Part shown: piece by piece, positions 39,501 through 47,500 of the stretch
Position numbering within the stretch: the first letter of the stretch is position 1
How the letters are laid out: each line of letters opens with the position of its first letter
Virus record (IMG/VR): IMGVR_UViG_3300035698_016817
Coordinates: 1-64,000 of that record
DNA: 64,000 nucleotides
Strand: one strand, 5' to 3'
Source: a virus
Taxonomy: Duplodnaviria > Heunggongvirae > Uroviricota > Caudoviricetes > Crassvirales
Notes under the pieces: generated by a model
What the model saw: the letters and a program-made list of their open reading frames with translations, nothing else
Databases searched by the model: none
What the model was told of the DNA's origin: nothing
Position numbers and translations under genes: made by a program

Positions 39501-40158
39501 TTCTTACACTTGCAGCAGCTGTACCAAGTCCTCCAGTAAGAGCTGTAGCAGCCATTTCTGTAAGCACGGCAGAAGTGATAAAGCTTAACCCGTTTGCAAA
39601 ATCGTTTGCCCAAAAGTTAAGAGTGCCCATTTGGCCCATAAGTCCTTTTTCTCTTTCTGCATTACTGTAATACATAGGAAAAGTCTTCTTTGTAGCGTCT
39701 TCAAAACTATCAAGAACATTAAAAACTGCGTTGTCGTATAAGTACCTGACTGAGTTTTCACCGTCACCACCAATTTCATTGTAAATACCCTGCATGGCTC
39801 CGGCCGTCAATCCAACCAATCCTCCTGCAGTGTGGCCAACAACACTTGTAACGAAATTCACTGACCCGTTTGCAATTTTATCTAAGCTGCTTTGTTTCCC
39901 GCCTCTAGAATTCCCTAGATCTTGAAGATCAAGGTAGTTTGTAATGTTTTTGTCAGTCTTTGAACTACCAAAATCCAAACTGTAATCTATTGTTTCAGCT
40001 TCAGGTCTATAACTCTTTAATTCGGCCGCTTCCATTTCGCCAAAAATCCCAGCCCCTAGGCTAAGATTATCTTGGTTTTTAGTAGGAGAATCAAGTGACC
40101 CAGAATCTAACGCTGTGATTAGATCGTTTTCGTCAAGAAGGTTTTTGTTATCTCTCAC
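27583..40158 (-). CDS. giant 4191-aa protein containing a crAss-type virion RNA polymerase module
   Basis: Uninterrupted 12.6-kb ORF. Near aa 3327-3333 is RIPTDGIHSIEILRIKAFLPKHAGTKIVIPPGVVFKSGSDFDIDKM, which parallels the multisubunit RNAP beta-prime NADFDGD double-psi beta-barrel metal-binding loop. N-terminal 500 aa is Gly/Ala/Ser/Met-rich. Acidic low-complexity stretch at about aa 1715-1870. HEAYH motif at aa 1920-1924. Confidence 0.8.
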   Translation of the reverse strand: MRDNKNLLDENDLITALDSGSLDSPTKNQDNLSLGAGIFGEMEAAELKSYRPEAETIDYSLDFGSSKTDKNITNYLDLQDLGNSRGGKQSSLDKIANGSVNFVTSVVGHTAGGLVGLTAGAMQGIYNEIGGDGENSVRYLYDNAVFNVLDSFEDATKKTFPMYYSNAEREKGLMGQMGTLNFWANDFANGLSFITSAVLTEMAATALTGGLGTAAASVRNAALASRMFSKANSTAGALNRAGRMASRLSEVAAMSSKTKSLLAETGTVGRQVWTGAGYEASVEARQSYDSTVDAFLSAHYEDKINEEELRRGENLSREQKLELLTPEERTNLDNEATGLSNSVFAGNLALVGLGNMITLGHLYSPKMLQRMSRPIGDKISAKLGSMGVSKGARAIGMGTASWAGRAAWEGLVEEGGQGSMQRMAQNFAEMSVIGKEGSIGYIQNNIDAMEDAMRDTYGTTEGMKEVLIGSLAAALGLPGATGFAMSRDINNEEDRIKFLDQKKKLSKRMADWEKIKEKNPDLKNMDQRAYMMSLMSAAGPAISKAYEEKDIKLAKDLETDVLIADVLLRSDMEALGSLEDLQKTIDNASTEEFKKWFRYDKDMTEAQVKERVAEVQKRTGETIQRILKAKSKVDRLLPMTENEKLSRNPPSESNGDYKGWMRTQLIRHAATVDISEKRLDEMTADLGKIMGAKVNDLSDTYNSLTFTDKEGEKITINLTEQSPYNSVAKNLEDAKEYLAQIERDPFAYNESKQEVEKKISDHKAFIAKMEEVNDKDTSILGIFPENGAEYDKDLLQDWVDRSPDDAAVNMDDAVKLLMDIRRVSASMHDASRLFNSLQNPEYLKTYIAGLVKIQGEIKAEDDALEAQTNEGKEKQEKKASKWIELKNQIKKYKYDLTENQKEAEEHIEEFEAEVDWIKELITGMKPLVERAKKNLNQNKFLVDGVNGKKKFITREELMKQFNYLETEIAVVKKKVFDLKKQAALTEQFLKTELAVMEGILAAGEEIVEDDFTDVRTMVIEKAKQEGISEEEAFQKLMVDLSVEVKNVSDFIENEGLEERISIVEEMIATLKRFLEDFPDVNVIDRKGRWKFVDGDTDGTQTILGMETALKELQAKLQEQEIKRDNAERSRVRLLFMTTLDRIKNFVPTRVGDFVDTDSLEEDIDNPVKLTTEQRNLIKPDVNKGLNKTGGSHVTYALDEGGTVGGSMQIYKSLSEVKDRNDEQNRELAYHKSRLVWFNYLNSEGTQVVHKNRFRGEKTVMVYVHQGNVPKVLKNEMKDMFFNQIYTEETAKKKDLKYNRTTPLKDIPSDHRDIKGVLAKIGKKNGKTTLTFVKDKNNRYVFTSLVEPFYLNEQGVARYSNSSDIPMSPVEIKREENKMRAFRDEILKNTDLQMSEVNGKAQGTINLMSLQEIEEQGLSFAEDAVMGSKGLPNVSIKTANPLKGKNVASVQTLVWGKHELTLRPGQVGAYDHVRQVAIPMRKAFLNQDLATKVTLLYKKMLTEYAGHIAAGSAKGEAVSLAASTLLEAKGLNNPPKINEQIQDLVYTHGLEGSKFTLKYQLVKGGFGVVYGLDSTELNLEDFDNEEKMEAFNSFLLNKYHNVNSSTLIGTTAYKNSKYTSLKKGWALIDLNDDLTVKGFKSYSGYNEYLLQKKTDKNGSYAPLRTAARSIKGTILGKDFENYDRPRVYGAYTRVDLDGLSNTPFRFLKQDEPGEDIPGSGYSESESEFDSYDAVAEEAKASEEVNDEANEAAQEIKIQEEINESVEFVDIAPDAETGTTMDSMVEDADLTDEEIEAWSEANHVSITIEQMAALRAIEAKRKVDEARLAELEQKEKEREDNVFNEEEDDGDLPSLDLLQNEEVSATEDEVLEQIAQALKMRKLDVKMVQGTMKSKDGESIGRLVEQGKVLLSSLAPGGTVFHEAYHDFSIYGISIKDRKRIYGKVKKMKGKTTTYLGKDKLFSELTDLEAEEWLAEGFRHKMIYGNTDEYMTEASPEEKTFFNKIIDFIKNMMRRLLNLDNSFGVNIESESISDIFENLAQGKYVKLDARNKPAGPYDMLTKIPEKDNKFTRGMVRSMSAYIGKRMYKPWKYGGKPQAPVTHSVIYNKKGSEARTTIVRAFYKTVIRDMYRDLALRKDDLTKSGENAEELERVTEAYDYIKNNPKTVLGTMDKLQSLFLTNQAESLEDNYYENEMETEKFQRDFVDERDALEESAVTESPLLVRMMLSTIQSKENTSIGLPDVYNMPKLLITLYNELAGKMTIDAQLDQLESIKGIKGNEWVQTVIDMVDLNPEKERFENLERMTAFRSTFAKANLDIALQKIAEDGTVYLLDPAEISRMKKIQIKWGSILKANAGKRRYGYVNNNDKGQIVFDVEKDFTYMKRSQVPGEKGETATIKLKFLSRQIEKFRNIPDTIGYLKLIGIEFSDEAKLTSMLQEDEELEAQFFEDATTIFADIAQAENPLATLFNKENTNAVTRVNNMIKLEMSTDAAIEHGYLNAKNKQSYSVVQPNHLSTIPGLGYVALAKYYNPKTSPYITHSRAVQGWKEGELDFKVVSMAGLGSDTGDSRGKMFVDMNEADIMTSHIDAYLRGISIPIRMGNKKTEYGVKLPMKYVDTVNEMLPILRDYLYDEVAESAVNGVNGKEVSKYKDKIQSLRLLAGLLSEDVDEKAGILKDIAELMFNSEFQGKVREEIAKDGISPSLIESISGLTAELDAAFTAGIERDVQEMDDYLTKNKLITENVGAGSRRVQGISPHHFGTEKDTTMHNDAEIKKLLTKVVVRQLMGKHEMFKMYFRDPAFFSDLFKRMAMASSTKTPLDTSDRMMKYFSQGTKTQDGTKFLNENLHINIEEGTFSGAVLEEPIAQLGESLMQVYRQSLSKKQLKNLADKGVEYADGSYYVSLPTYRFFSILTDDWGIKKEELYWKLIEDKEGTGNFDYNKGATFQSGKYLFFGPTTIEVGKDEIFQGLGALKMSMIPIYNQLGHVGGKKYPNILKMVKFMDDQKVSSLVLPSGMKLGAPTARTQFMSTDKNGLKTMDFSKGGLNAVAPEGSIVNFDMNFMGRQMPVAGDPKNTVSTAVQYKTQVLANTHRNGVARPGYKETVDTYNSVIETLTGKYLQKALVKYGINEEFDDKGNTKFVFTEASYGKILKDLEAEGLRVGIGAALMDTVKYLSDKGGEFVLENFVDRYRIEAMHYSAFSKSVVKPKVFGENLTQISSLGFEVSENENGILYSEELKVYEEDGNYVVETMMPHMYKELIAPGTDVQIKDGEITINGVPVPNSSELLDAIGIRIPTDGIHSIEILRIKAFLPKHAGTKIVIPPGVVFKSGSDFDIDKMTTMFLNYYMKNGAPQKEQFYTNIEDWYKSNVDRTVRKFMHHYIDFKGLRAKLNRLQDMPIEADRMAVLFLNSFPGIANEEYTPEEVPENADQEEIDELIAQMDEIRKAVPEFMTEEKEMLYPKPFETWRNENPDKGVFDVQSIKALENGVIETSIKLLSDKGRREEHLNPVAIPNVENMKDSLLLMFEKSGFDIVQLGNVVNMHKETTIPYMAEVGRAYTQADKVLGIAAVTAKHHVQSQLAGTSLNMETVYELPDGNKIRPILWFNPQGVEAEMNKFHVEFNEMGEIANPFSTMGEIENVNGVKITEILSEFLNLAVDVVANPYLHILNITPGTAPAYFSLLRNGVPLETTALFFNQPIIREFIKKRDSRTSVARTSIKGKNGEQNQTDVDVYNETLKTFAPSSESKISAEEQYLTDEIMTAMIETPIEDLDDTQRTLQSQILDSFLAYIQVGEDITSVITAQSVDTKLIKSRAHARLVRSQYENVIGRNVFPGVEKILEKGVSYMSAMKDFTNMADDIFKNMFFTEKDQEESFKQDYNKFLNDQRLVDNFRQVYSEFVFSLTHPKNFKMSMDEKIRVLERLEQYYITTILQNINNDDGVALKDTAHASMYGSKTFAKLVSKIQNDESHPLNKNELLDFLIPYIEEDPKNTGQNDYVEPQFKAMNMWDDAILVDAYNALIEYDAINNTNIAYKVLQAAILQSGTINSPFSFLDRIPGEAYARLTNSILPNYKGNMEGLTPFSSTQGADEVFSLKFAENFIWNNYTVPPIRSQDDQDVAHHLFVKQNVKSEMGAVIGQKLFKIVNRGKSISSALEGRQDVVKLDAGNHKRLKGQMNTYSAPTGLEMDSRKTVSKEEC
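30160..30180 (-). other. RNAP catalytic aspartate-triad motif (SDFDIDK) within the giant ORF
   Basis: The reverse complement of 30160-30180 reads agt gac ttc gac att gat aag. Confidence 0.7.
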
Positions 40159-42268
40159 GGGGTCTTGTTTGATTCTTAAATGCGTTTGCCATTACGTTAT
40201 TGTCTGTCTGTAATGTATTCATGTAGATTTCCGAAAGATCGTCATAAACTGTCCAAGCAGACTCTTTATGCAATAATTCTCCTTTTTGATAGTAATTCAA
40301 TATAGGTTGAAACTCTCCTCTTATGATTTCATTTTGAAGAACAATCTTGACTTCTTTACCAGGCTCAAACATATATCTTTCTTGTGAAGAAAGACTTGAC
40401 AAGAATCTAGATTTCTCTGGCATTGTTGAACCAAGCGTTTGAGGGGTCATTTTTTTAGAGTTGAAATTGTCTTGAATGACCTTCATGACTTTGGCTCCCT
40501 GATAATCACTGTAATTCTCAAAAGGTTGAGCGTCAAACTCTATTTCCTGCCCACTTGAAAATATAGTTCTGAAGTGAATACTACCAGTTTTAGTTCCTGT
40601 AACGTTGTAGTTTATAAAGGTCTGAGGCACACCTTCTGTTCTTATGTTATTTGCTACGTTAGCCATTCCCATTCCAATTTCTTTATGGGCTAGTTTGTTG
40701 TTGTCAAGATTTGCAAATCCAAGATCATCGTCTTGGTCTTCAATCCATTCTGAGAACTTTATGTCTTCTCCTTTAGAACCTAGAATATTAAAGTTTTCAA
40801 ATGAAGGAATTGCGTTACTTAAAACCATGGCAATTTTAGGCATTGAACCAGGTTCAAACTGAGCTCTTTTTACCATGGTTACTTGCGTCATGATCCCGTG
40901 AACTGCCTTTACAAACTCTTTGTCGTTCATTGGAACTTCAGCCCCGTTTACCACTTTAGTAAAATTCTTTCTATTCTCTGGCTTGTTGTATTCAGATTTC
41001 TCCATGATCCAAGGAATCATATAATCACTGTTTGCTGACAGCTTGTCCTTTGTTCCTAAGTCTAGATTAGACAAATCGTAATCAATTTCTTTTAGAATCA
41101 AGTCGTACTTTTTAGCGCCTGCTGAAGAAGATTCGCTTTTCACTTCTTTTCCAGTTAGAAGTTCCTTACCGGTGACTTCTGATAAATGTGATTGGTAACT
41201 TCCATCTGCATTAAAGTGCTTTTGACCAGTGTATCTGTCAATAGACTCAGAAAGATCAGGATACGCAAACTTAAAAGTACTTGCTCTATCGTTGTTTAAT
41301 TCTCCGCTTTTAGTGTAAAGAATATCGTTTTCTGGATTCTCTTCCACTCCATTCATAGCTTTTTCTACGAATGGATTTACCTCCATATTGTAATTGTAAT
41401 GTTGTTGCGGAGCCGCAGCGTCTTTCAAATAACCAAGCAGCTTTGCTTCTGCTTGCATTTCGTCGTGCAAGTTTCCGTCTTTGTTTTGACTAAGCTCCAT
41501 CAGCACTCTCATTTGCTGATCTCCTTCCGTTGTTGCTTTGAACATAGGAAGCAACGCTTTAGCAATACGTTCAATTTTATCATTACTAACGCCACTACCT
41601 TTTTCTAAATAAAGCTTTATGTCGCCAGGCAACACTCCTGCCGCATCAGAAAGTTGTTTAATTCTGTAATCGTCACTTTGGATTCCTTGAATTAATTGTC
41701 TTGCTTTTCCAGCAAAATCAAGTTGCTTTTCAAACTTAGTGTTGTAAACTCCGTCTCTTTCTGTTACGTGTGTTTTGGCTTTAGAATCAAACATCAAATT
41801 ACCATCAGCGTCACGCATGTCTTGACCGGCAGCGTCTTTCATTACAACCTGGTCAAAGTCGTGATATATCAATCCTTGAGCCAGAGCTTCAGATTTCATC
41901 TTTTCTCCGGCCATGAAGTTTTCCCTAGACTCAATAGAGTTGACAAGCAAATGGTCACTCATTAATCCAGTCATTGAATCGTCAACAAGCATTTTGCTAT
42001 TCTCAAAAGCACCTGACTCAACGAACCCGTTAAGTTGGTCTTTAATAATGTTTGTGCGATTGTTTAGGGTGTAGCTGTCTCCTTCAAGTGTTTGAATAGA
42101 ACCTAGCGCTCTGTTAAGAACGTTATAATCCTCAACCCCTTGATCGTATCTCCCTCTTTGAACTTTGGCTCTGTCAACTACTCCCATGTCTTGACTAAAA
42201 CTCATTCTTGGAGAAGAAACATAAGACCCAGTGTTACCTCCTAACTGATATTTTTTAAGCTTCTCCAT
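40148..42268 (-). CDS. virion structural/internal protein (706 aa)
   Basis: ORF overlapping both neighbours by a few nt, indicating translational coupling. No motif recognised. Confidence 0.55.
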   Translation of the reverse strand: MEKLKKYQLGGNTGSYVSSPRMSFSQDMGVVDRAKVQRGRYDQGVEDYNVLNRALGSIQTLEGDSYTLNNRTNIIKDQLNGFVESGAFENSKMLVDDSMTGLMSDHLLVNSIESRENFMAGEKMKSEALAQGLIYHDFDQVVMKDAAGQDMRDADGNLMFDSKAKTHVTERDGVYNTKFEKQLDFAGKARQLIQGIQSDDYRIKQLSDAAGVLPGDIKLYLEKGSGVSNDKIERIAKALLPMFKATTEGDQQMRVLMELSQNKDGNLHDEMQAEAKLLGYLKDAAAPQQHYNYNMEVNPFVEKAMNGVEENPENDILYTKSGELNNDRASTFKFAYPDLSESIDRYTGQKHFNADGSYQSHLSEVTGKELLTGKEVKSESSSAGAKKYDLILKEIDYDLSNLDLGTKDKLSANSDYMIPWIMEKSEYNKPENRKNFTKVVNGAEVPMNDKEFVKAVHGIMTQVTMVKRAQFEPGSMPKIAMVLSNAIPSFENFNILGSKGEDIKFSEWIEDQDDDLGFANLDNNKLAHKEIGMGMANVANNIRTEGVPQTFINYNVTGTKTGSIHFRTIFSSGQEIEFDAQPFENYSDYQGAKVMKVIQDNFNSKKMTPQTLGSTMPEKSRFLSSLSSQERYMFEPGKEVKIVLQNEIIRGEFQPILNYYQKGELLHKESAWTVYDDLSEIYMNTLQTDNNVMANAFKNQTRPRER

Positions 42269-44537
42269 TGTAATTTGCTTTTGCCATGTCGTCTCTCAAC
42301 CACTCTTGGTATTGTTTCTGAGTTCCGTTTGGATGTAAACTGTCAAATATTTTTCTAGCCTTTTTGTAGTTGTAACCATCGACTCTATCGGTTAGCCCCT
42401 GACCTCTAATTTCATCAGCAAGGCCTTCTTGACCTATAGTTTGACCAATGGCCATACCGATGTCAGAAATCTTTCCTGATGTATCAGCAATCTGAGCATT
42501 TCTAGTAGAGACTTTATTTTGCTCTAGAGCTATAACCTTGTTGTCATATTCGTTTTGCATTCTTCTGTCAAACTCAGCGCTTTCCTGTCTCATTTTTTGG
42601 TTTGCCATTTCTTCTCTAGTTGACTGACCAAGGTTTATTTCATCAACTCTGCCTTTTTCTTGAGCCACTGTTTCAGCAAGAACTCTTTGAGTATTATTTA
42701 GGTTGGCGTTCATTCCAACACCTGCTCCCGATCTTAATTGAGCGTCAACAGTTCTAGCAGCCAAAGCTCTTTCTGAAGTAAAGTCTGTTTTAGCTCTTTC
42801 AAGTCTTACTTTATTAGAACTAGGCATTCTTCTATATCCAGGGATATCGTAGTCGGGGGCTTTTTGCATTGCTCCCCCTACAACTGCGCTAATCCCAGCC
42901 AATGTTGCAGGAAAATATTTTCCGTAACGGTTTAGGGCTGCCCCAGCTTTACTTCTTTGACCAAGTGAATTACCGCCTCCTTCTCCGCCTAACTCTGGAG
43001 GAAGAGTTGTTATTTCATTGTCAAATCCAGGCATTCCGTCAAGAGGACTAGGCCCGTATTCCGGTTGTTCAGTTGTGTACCTAGGATATCTAGGCGGGTC
43101 TGTTGGTACAGGAGCCCCATATTTGGCTGCTGGCGCTGGCGCTTTTGCTGCTGCTTTTGGTGCGGCCGCTTGTGGTGTAGCTGCTACAGCCTTGCTTCCT
43201 TGGGGATATTTAAGAGCTATTAACCTGTTTGTTTCAGCTTCTTTTCTTTTTTCATGAGGAATTGCTTGAAGATCTTCTAAAGTTGTACTAGCAAGCCAAT
43301 CATTGTATCCTTTCACTTCATCTTTGTAATCTTGATTGTAAAGCATAGACCCGTCTGAAGGAGCGCTTAAAGCTCTGTTTACTGGCTTGTATTTTGGAGT
43401 ACCAAGATTGCTTTGACTTGTCCATCTTGGCTTTTCCATTGCGTCATAAAACTCTTGGATAGGAGGATTTGAAAGAAAGTTGTAAGCGGCTCCATAAGGA
43501 TCTCGAGCATTTGGCGATCCTGTAAGTCTGTCACTTGGAAAGCCACCTGATTGAGCGTAATTCTGTCCTTCAGCATTTACTTCACTTCCGCCTTCAGCTT
43601 CGGCATCAGCAAGTTGCATGTTTCTAATTTCTTCAATTGCTTTGTTTTTTTCAACATCAGAAAACTTATCGCTTTCTTTTATTGACTTGTACCAATCAGC
43701 GTAACTCTTTCCGTTGTGTTTTAGGTGATCAGACCAAACAAAATCTCCTTGAGCAAGATGTTCATCGACACCGCCTTGTTCGTGAGAAGGAAGGCTTTTA
43801 GACAGATACTTGTCTCTTCCTCCATTTCTTTCGATTATTTCTCCACCTTCTAGTTCAGAGTTTTTAGCGTTATTGGATTGAGTTCCTAGCTTGTATTTAG
43901 GAATATTATATCCGCCATTTTTCCCTATTGGGTAACCGTAATTTTGACCGTATTGGCCAGTGCCAAAATTTTGCTGATCTATACGATACTTTTTCTGTGC
44001 ATCTCTTTGTCTGTCTTCCATTCTGGAAGCATACATTTCGTTAAGATCTTTTTCTTCCTCATTCCACATAGCAGTACCAACGGCTCCACCGCCTGCTACA
44101 ACACCACCTGCAATTGCTGGAATAAACGCAAATGGACCAGCTAAAGCAGAAAGACTACTTATGGTTGCTCCGGTAGTTGTTGCTATTGAAGAAGCTTTTT
44201 TACCTCTTTGAATCTTTTCAAACTGAGCGCTTTCAGCGTCACTGTATTGCTTTGGAGCGTCCATGTCCATTCCGAATGCTGCCATTCCTCCAGTTACTGC
44301 AGTAGTTACGCCTCCAATTGCTCCTGAAGCTACAGCTTCTCCGCTTACTCCTCCTGAGTTTGTTTTTGGAGCATATCCTCCTCCTCCAGATCCAGACTTA
44401 GCTTGATCAAATCCAGAAAAGTTTTGATTTTGATAAGCTTGGTATCCCGGAGTGTTGTACCCAACATTTGGATTGTACCCTCCACCTCCCTGGTATTTTT
44501 TGAACTTACTTCTTGTACTTGTTAATGCTGTTCTCAT
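42255..44537 (-). CDS. virion protein with Gly/Tyr/Asn-rich low-complexity N-terminus and Ala/Pro/Lys-rich segment (760 aa)
   Basis: YQGGGGYNPNVGYNTPGYQAYQNQ ... SGSGGGGYAPK at the N-terminus, and AAPKAAAKAPAPAAKYGAPVP mid-protein. ATGA coupling to the upstream gene. Confidence 0.55.
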   Translation of the reverse strand: MRTALTSTRSKFKKYQGGGGYNPNVGYNTPGYQAYQNQNFSGFDQAKSGSGGGGYAPKTNSGGVSGEAVASGAIGGVTTAVTGGMAAFGMDMDAPKQYSDAESAQFEKIQRGKKASSIATTTGATISSLSALAGPFAFIPAIAGGVVAGGGAVGTAMWNEEEKDLNEMYASRMEDRQRDAQKKYRIDQQNFGTGQYGQNYGYPIGKNGGYNIPKYKLGTQSNNAKNSELEGGEIIERNGGRDKYLSKSLPSHEQGGVDEHLAQGDFVWSDHLKHNGKSYADWYKSIKESDKFSDVEKNKAIEEIRNMQLADAEAEGGSEVNAEGQNYAQSGGFPSDRLTGSPNARDPYGAAYNFLSNPPIQEFYDAMEKPRWTSQSNLGTPKYKPVNRALSAPSDGSMLYNQDYKDEVKGYNDWLASTTLEDLQAIPHEKRKEAETNRLIALKYPQGSKAVAATPQAAAPKAAAKAPAPAAKYGAPVPTDPPRYPRYTTEQPEYGPSPLDGMPGFDNEITTLPPELGGEGGGNSLGQRSKAGAALNRYGKYFPATLAGISAVVGGAMQKAPDYDIPGYRRMPSSNKVRLERAKTDFTSERALAARTVDAQLRSGAGVGMNANLNNTQRVLAETVAQEKGRVDEINLGQSTREEMANQKMRQESAEFDRRMQNEYDNKVIALEQNKVSTRNAQIADTSGKISDIGMAIGQTIGQEGLADEIRGQGLTDRVDGYNYKKARKIFDSLHPNGTQKQYQEWLRDDMAKANYNGEA

Positions 44538-47500
44538 CTTTCTTGGGGTCTGAAATTGGTGAAGGAATTATACAAATTTATTAATTTGTTGTCAGAGTTG
44601 TTTGATATCAATCTCACAGCTAAGAACAAGTCAGTAAACTTTCCTTGTTTGTACCAAACTTTAGTTGGGTCAATATAGTTCGGGTTTAGGTCTTCGTTCA
44701 TGCCTTCAATATTGAACATATCAATGTTTGCTGTCGTAGGAACTTCGTTTGTAATTCCCCCTGACAAGTTGACATTCGGGATATTGTAGTTGCCTCCAGC
44801 ATGCGGCCCAACGTAATAAGGCGATACATTTGCAATTTCAGAAGACATGTCCCTAAATTGATTAATCTTCCATCTACCTTCTGTTTTTCTAACGTTGATC
44901 ATGTACTCAATCAAAGTGTCTCCTGAATTTGCGTCTGAGTTGTATATGATAAAATTGTTGAACCCTGCGTGCAGATCTTTCCTGGTAAACTTTCCGTTTA
45001 CATTATCATAAACGTCAACTAAATACTCAAGAGAACTATAAAGCTTGTTTACTCCTGCAGGTTGGTTGTGCACCATTTCCACTTCAAAATTGTAACGCTC
45101 GCCATAAAATACACCCATGGCCTCATCGTTATTATGTCTGTGGATGTATTCGTTTCCTTGATTAAAACTATGAATGTCAATTCCAGAATGAGTGTAAAGC
45201 AAAGGAGTGTAATCGTGAAAGCTTTCCCAAACTCCAACTCCTTGTTCAGACCTATTTGTTACAAAAGACACAGTCCAATCCGCTCTTTTAAAATACTCGT
45301 TTTCTTTTATTGGAAATGCTTTCCAACCAAAATTAGGAGCGTCTCTTAATATCTCAAAGTTTCCATTGGCCGCTCTAATGCTTCCAATAGTTGTTGTGTA
45401 AGATTCTACAAAATTGTCAAGGAATAGTTGAGTTGGTTTAAGGTCTTTCTTGGTCATGATAACCCTTTGGTATCTCTCATCCCATATAGCGTGGACTCCC
45501 ATGCCGTTTACTGGCTGATCGATGTTTCCATCAAACCCGTATTCTTGAAGATAAAAAGGAAGGTTCAGTCTGAACCATTGTTCCATACCATATCTCTTGC
45601 CGGTTAAATCTTCAGCTCCTTTTCCTACTAAGAAAACTCTAGCGTTTCTGTTATCCACACAGAAATATCCGTGCGGAGTTACTGTGCCTGCCCATTGAGA
45701 TCTGGTGCCTAAATATCCGGCGTCAGTGTGAACAATTTCGTCTGGAGTTTGAGCAAAGATATCTCCTTGGCCAATGTAAGCGTCTCCTTCATCACTGGTC
45801 TTCATTTTCTGCTTACCCTTGGTTTTATACAAGCTGTTCTCCATGTGGAAAAGCAACATGTTGTCTAAGGATATCATCTTCCATAGTTCTCCTCTTTGAT
45901 TGTTGATGATTGCAATCTCATCATATTGAAACAATCTAAAATTGTCAATCACTGAGTTTGCTGAAGTTTGCGCAGATCTAATAACCGTAGTTGGAAAAGA
46001 CACTGGCTGAATCAATCTTAAAGGAAGAGGGAGTATCTTCTTAATATCGTTTAGCCTTGAGTAGTCTTCGTTGTACTTAATGTTTCCAGTTTCTAAATCT
46101 GGATTGTAAGTAAGGTCAACATCTGCTAACGGCTTTAAAGTGTCAGACAAAGAGGCCCCTGGAAAATAAGGCCTGTTGTTTGTGTCTTCTTCAATGTCTG
46201 CCGCCACAGATGATTCAACTTGAACTTGAGAATCAATGTGTCTAAAGTTGATGTTCTCCGTACTTTCCACGATAGTGTACATTACAGACTTGTGATCGAT
46301 TGATCCCATGTTTGGCTCTCCCGTAGAGTTTACCTCTTCACGGTGAGTCATTCTGTATCCATACCTGCAGATGTAGGTGTCTCCACCATAAATGTCATCT
46401 GTTTGAAATTTCTTGTCAGGCCCTCCGTAAATAGAGTTTCCGTCCTTGTCTACCACAAACTTGTCTAGATCATCACCAAGAACCTCGTAACCAGTCCACA
46501 CTAAGTCTTGAGTGTCTAGGGGACTAAATACATCTGTTTTGAAAGCTTGAAGATTAGCAGTATACAATTGCAATCCATCTTCCCTTCCTTCTTCTCCTTG
46601 TGTGTTTAAGTATGGGCCGTGAAACAATGGATTTGAATGGTCAGACCTTAAGGTTCTCCAAGCAGCGTTTTCCGGACTTACTAAATACTCAAGATTCCTT
46701 TGCGTTCTAAGAGCTATTAGTGTTTCTCCACCTACATTGTAAATGGCTTTTTGAAACCCTATTTGACTTGAATCATAAATAGTTCCTCCGACAACATAAG
46801 CGCGTCCTTTGTTTTCAAGAACTTTATTTAAGTGCTCTTTCTTTCTAAAGAAATCACCAGCAGCGTGAAAAGAAGTAAGTACTTGAGGCTTGTAACAAGA
46901 GCCGTTGACATTGTCGGAATTCTCTTCGTCCGTGTCTACTTTTGAAGGGTAATAGCTAGTGGTTCCGCTCCAGTTAAAGAAGCTTGTAACGTATTGCAAT
47001 CGAACGTGAGTTGCGTTTGCCAAGGACATCGTTCTGTTCAATAAGTAAAAGTCATGAAACCCAAACATTTGTCTAGGTTCATTTTCAGTAGTCATAACGG
47101 GAAGCCCTGAAGCTAACCAGTAATCAATTAGACCAACAGTGTCGCCTTCAGAATCACAACCAGAAATATCCATGCTTTCCCTGTCTTTCATTCCGTGAAG
47201 AATTGACTGGCCTAAAACAGTACGGTTTTCATGCGTTCTTTTTGCGTAAAAGATTTTAAACCCTTGAACCTTATCTGCAATTTCTTTTGGAATTTTAATG
47301 TCAGACAAACAAATACCTAGAGCTTGAACTTCGTGTTCAATGGGAGCTGTAGAAACAACCCTGTCTTCGCATTCAACCCAAGCTGCCCAGCCTGGTCTTG
47401 GGTCCCAAGATTTAATAGGCTCGTCATTTCTAGAAAGGCTTGTTACGGGAGTTGGAAAATATTGATTAGTTATAACTGAGTGTTCCCAGGTTACACTTTC

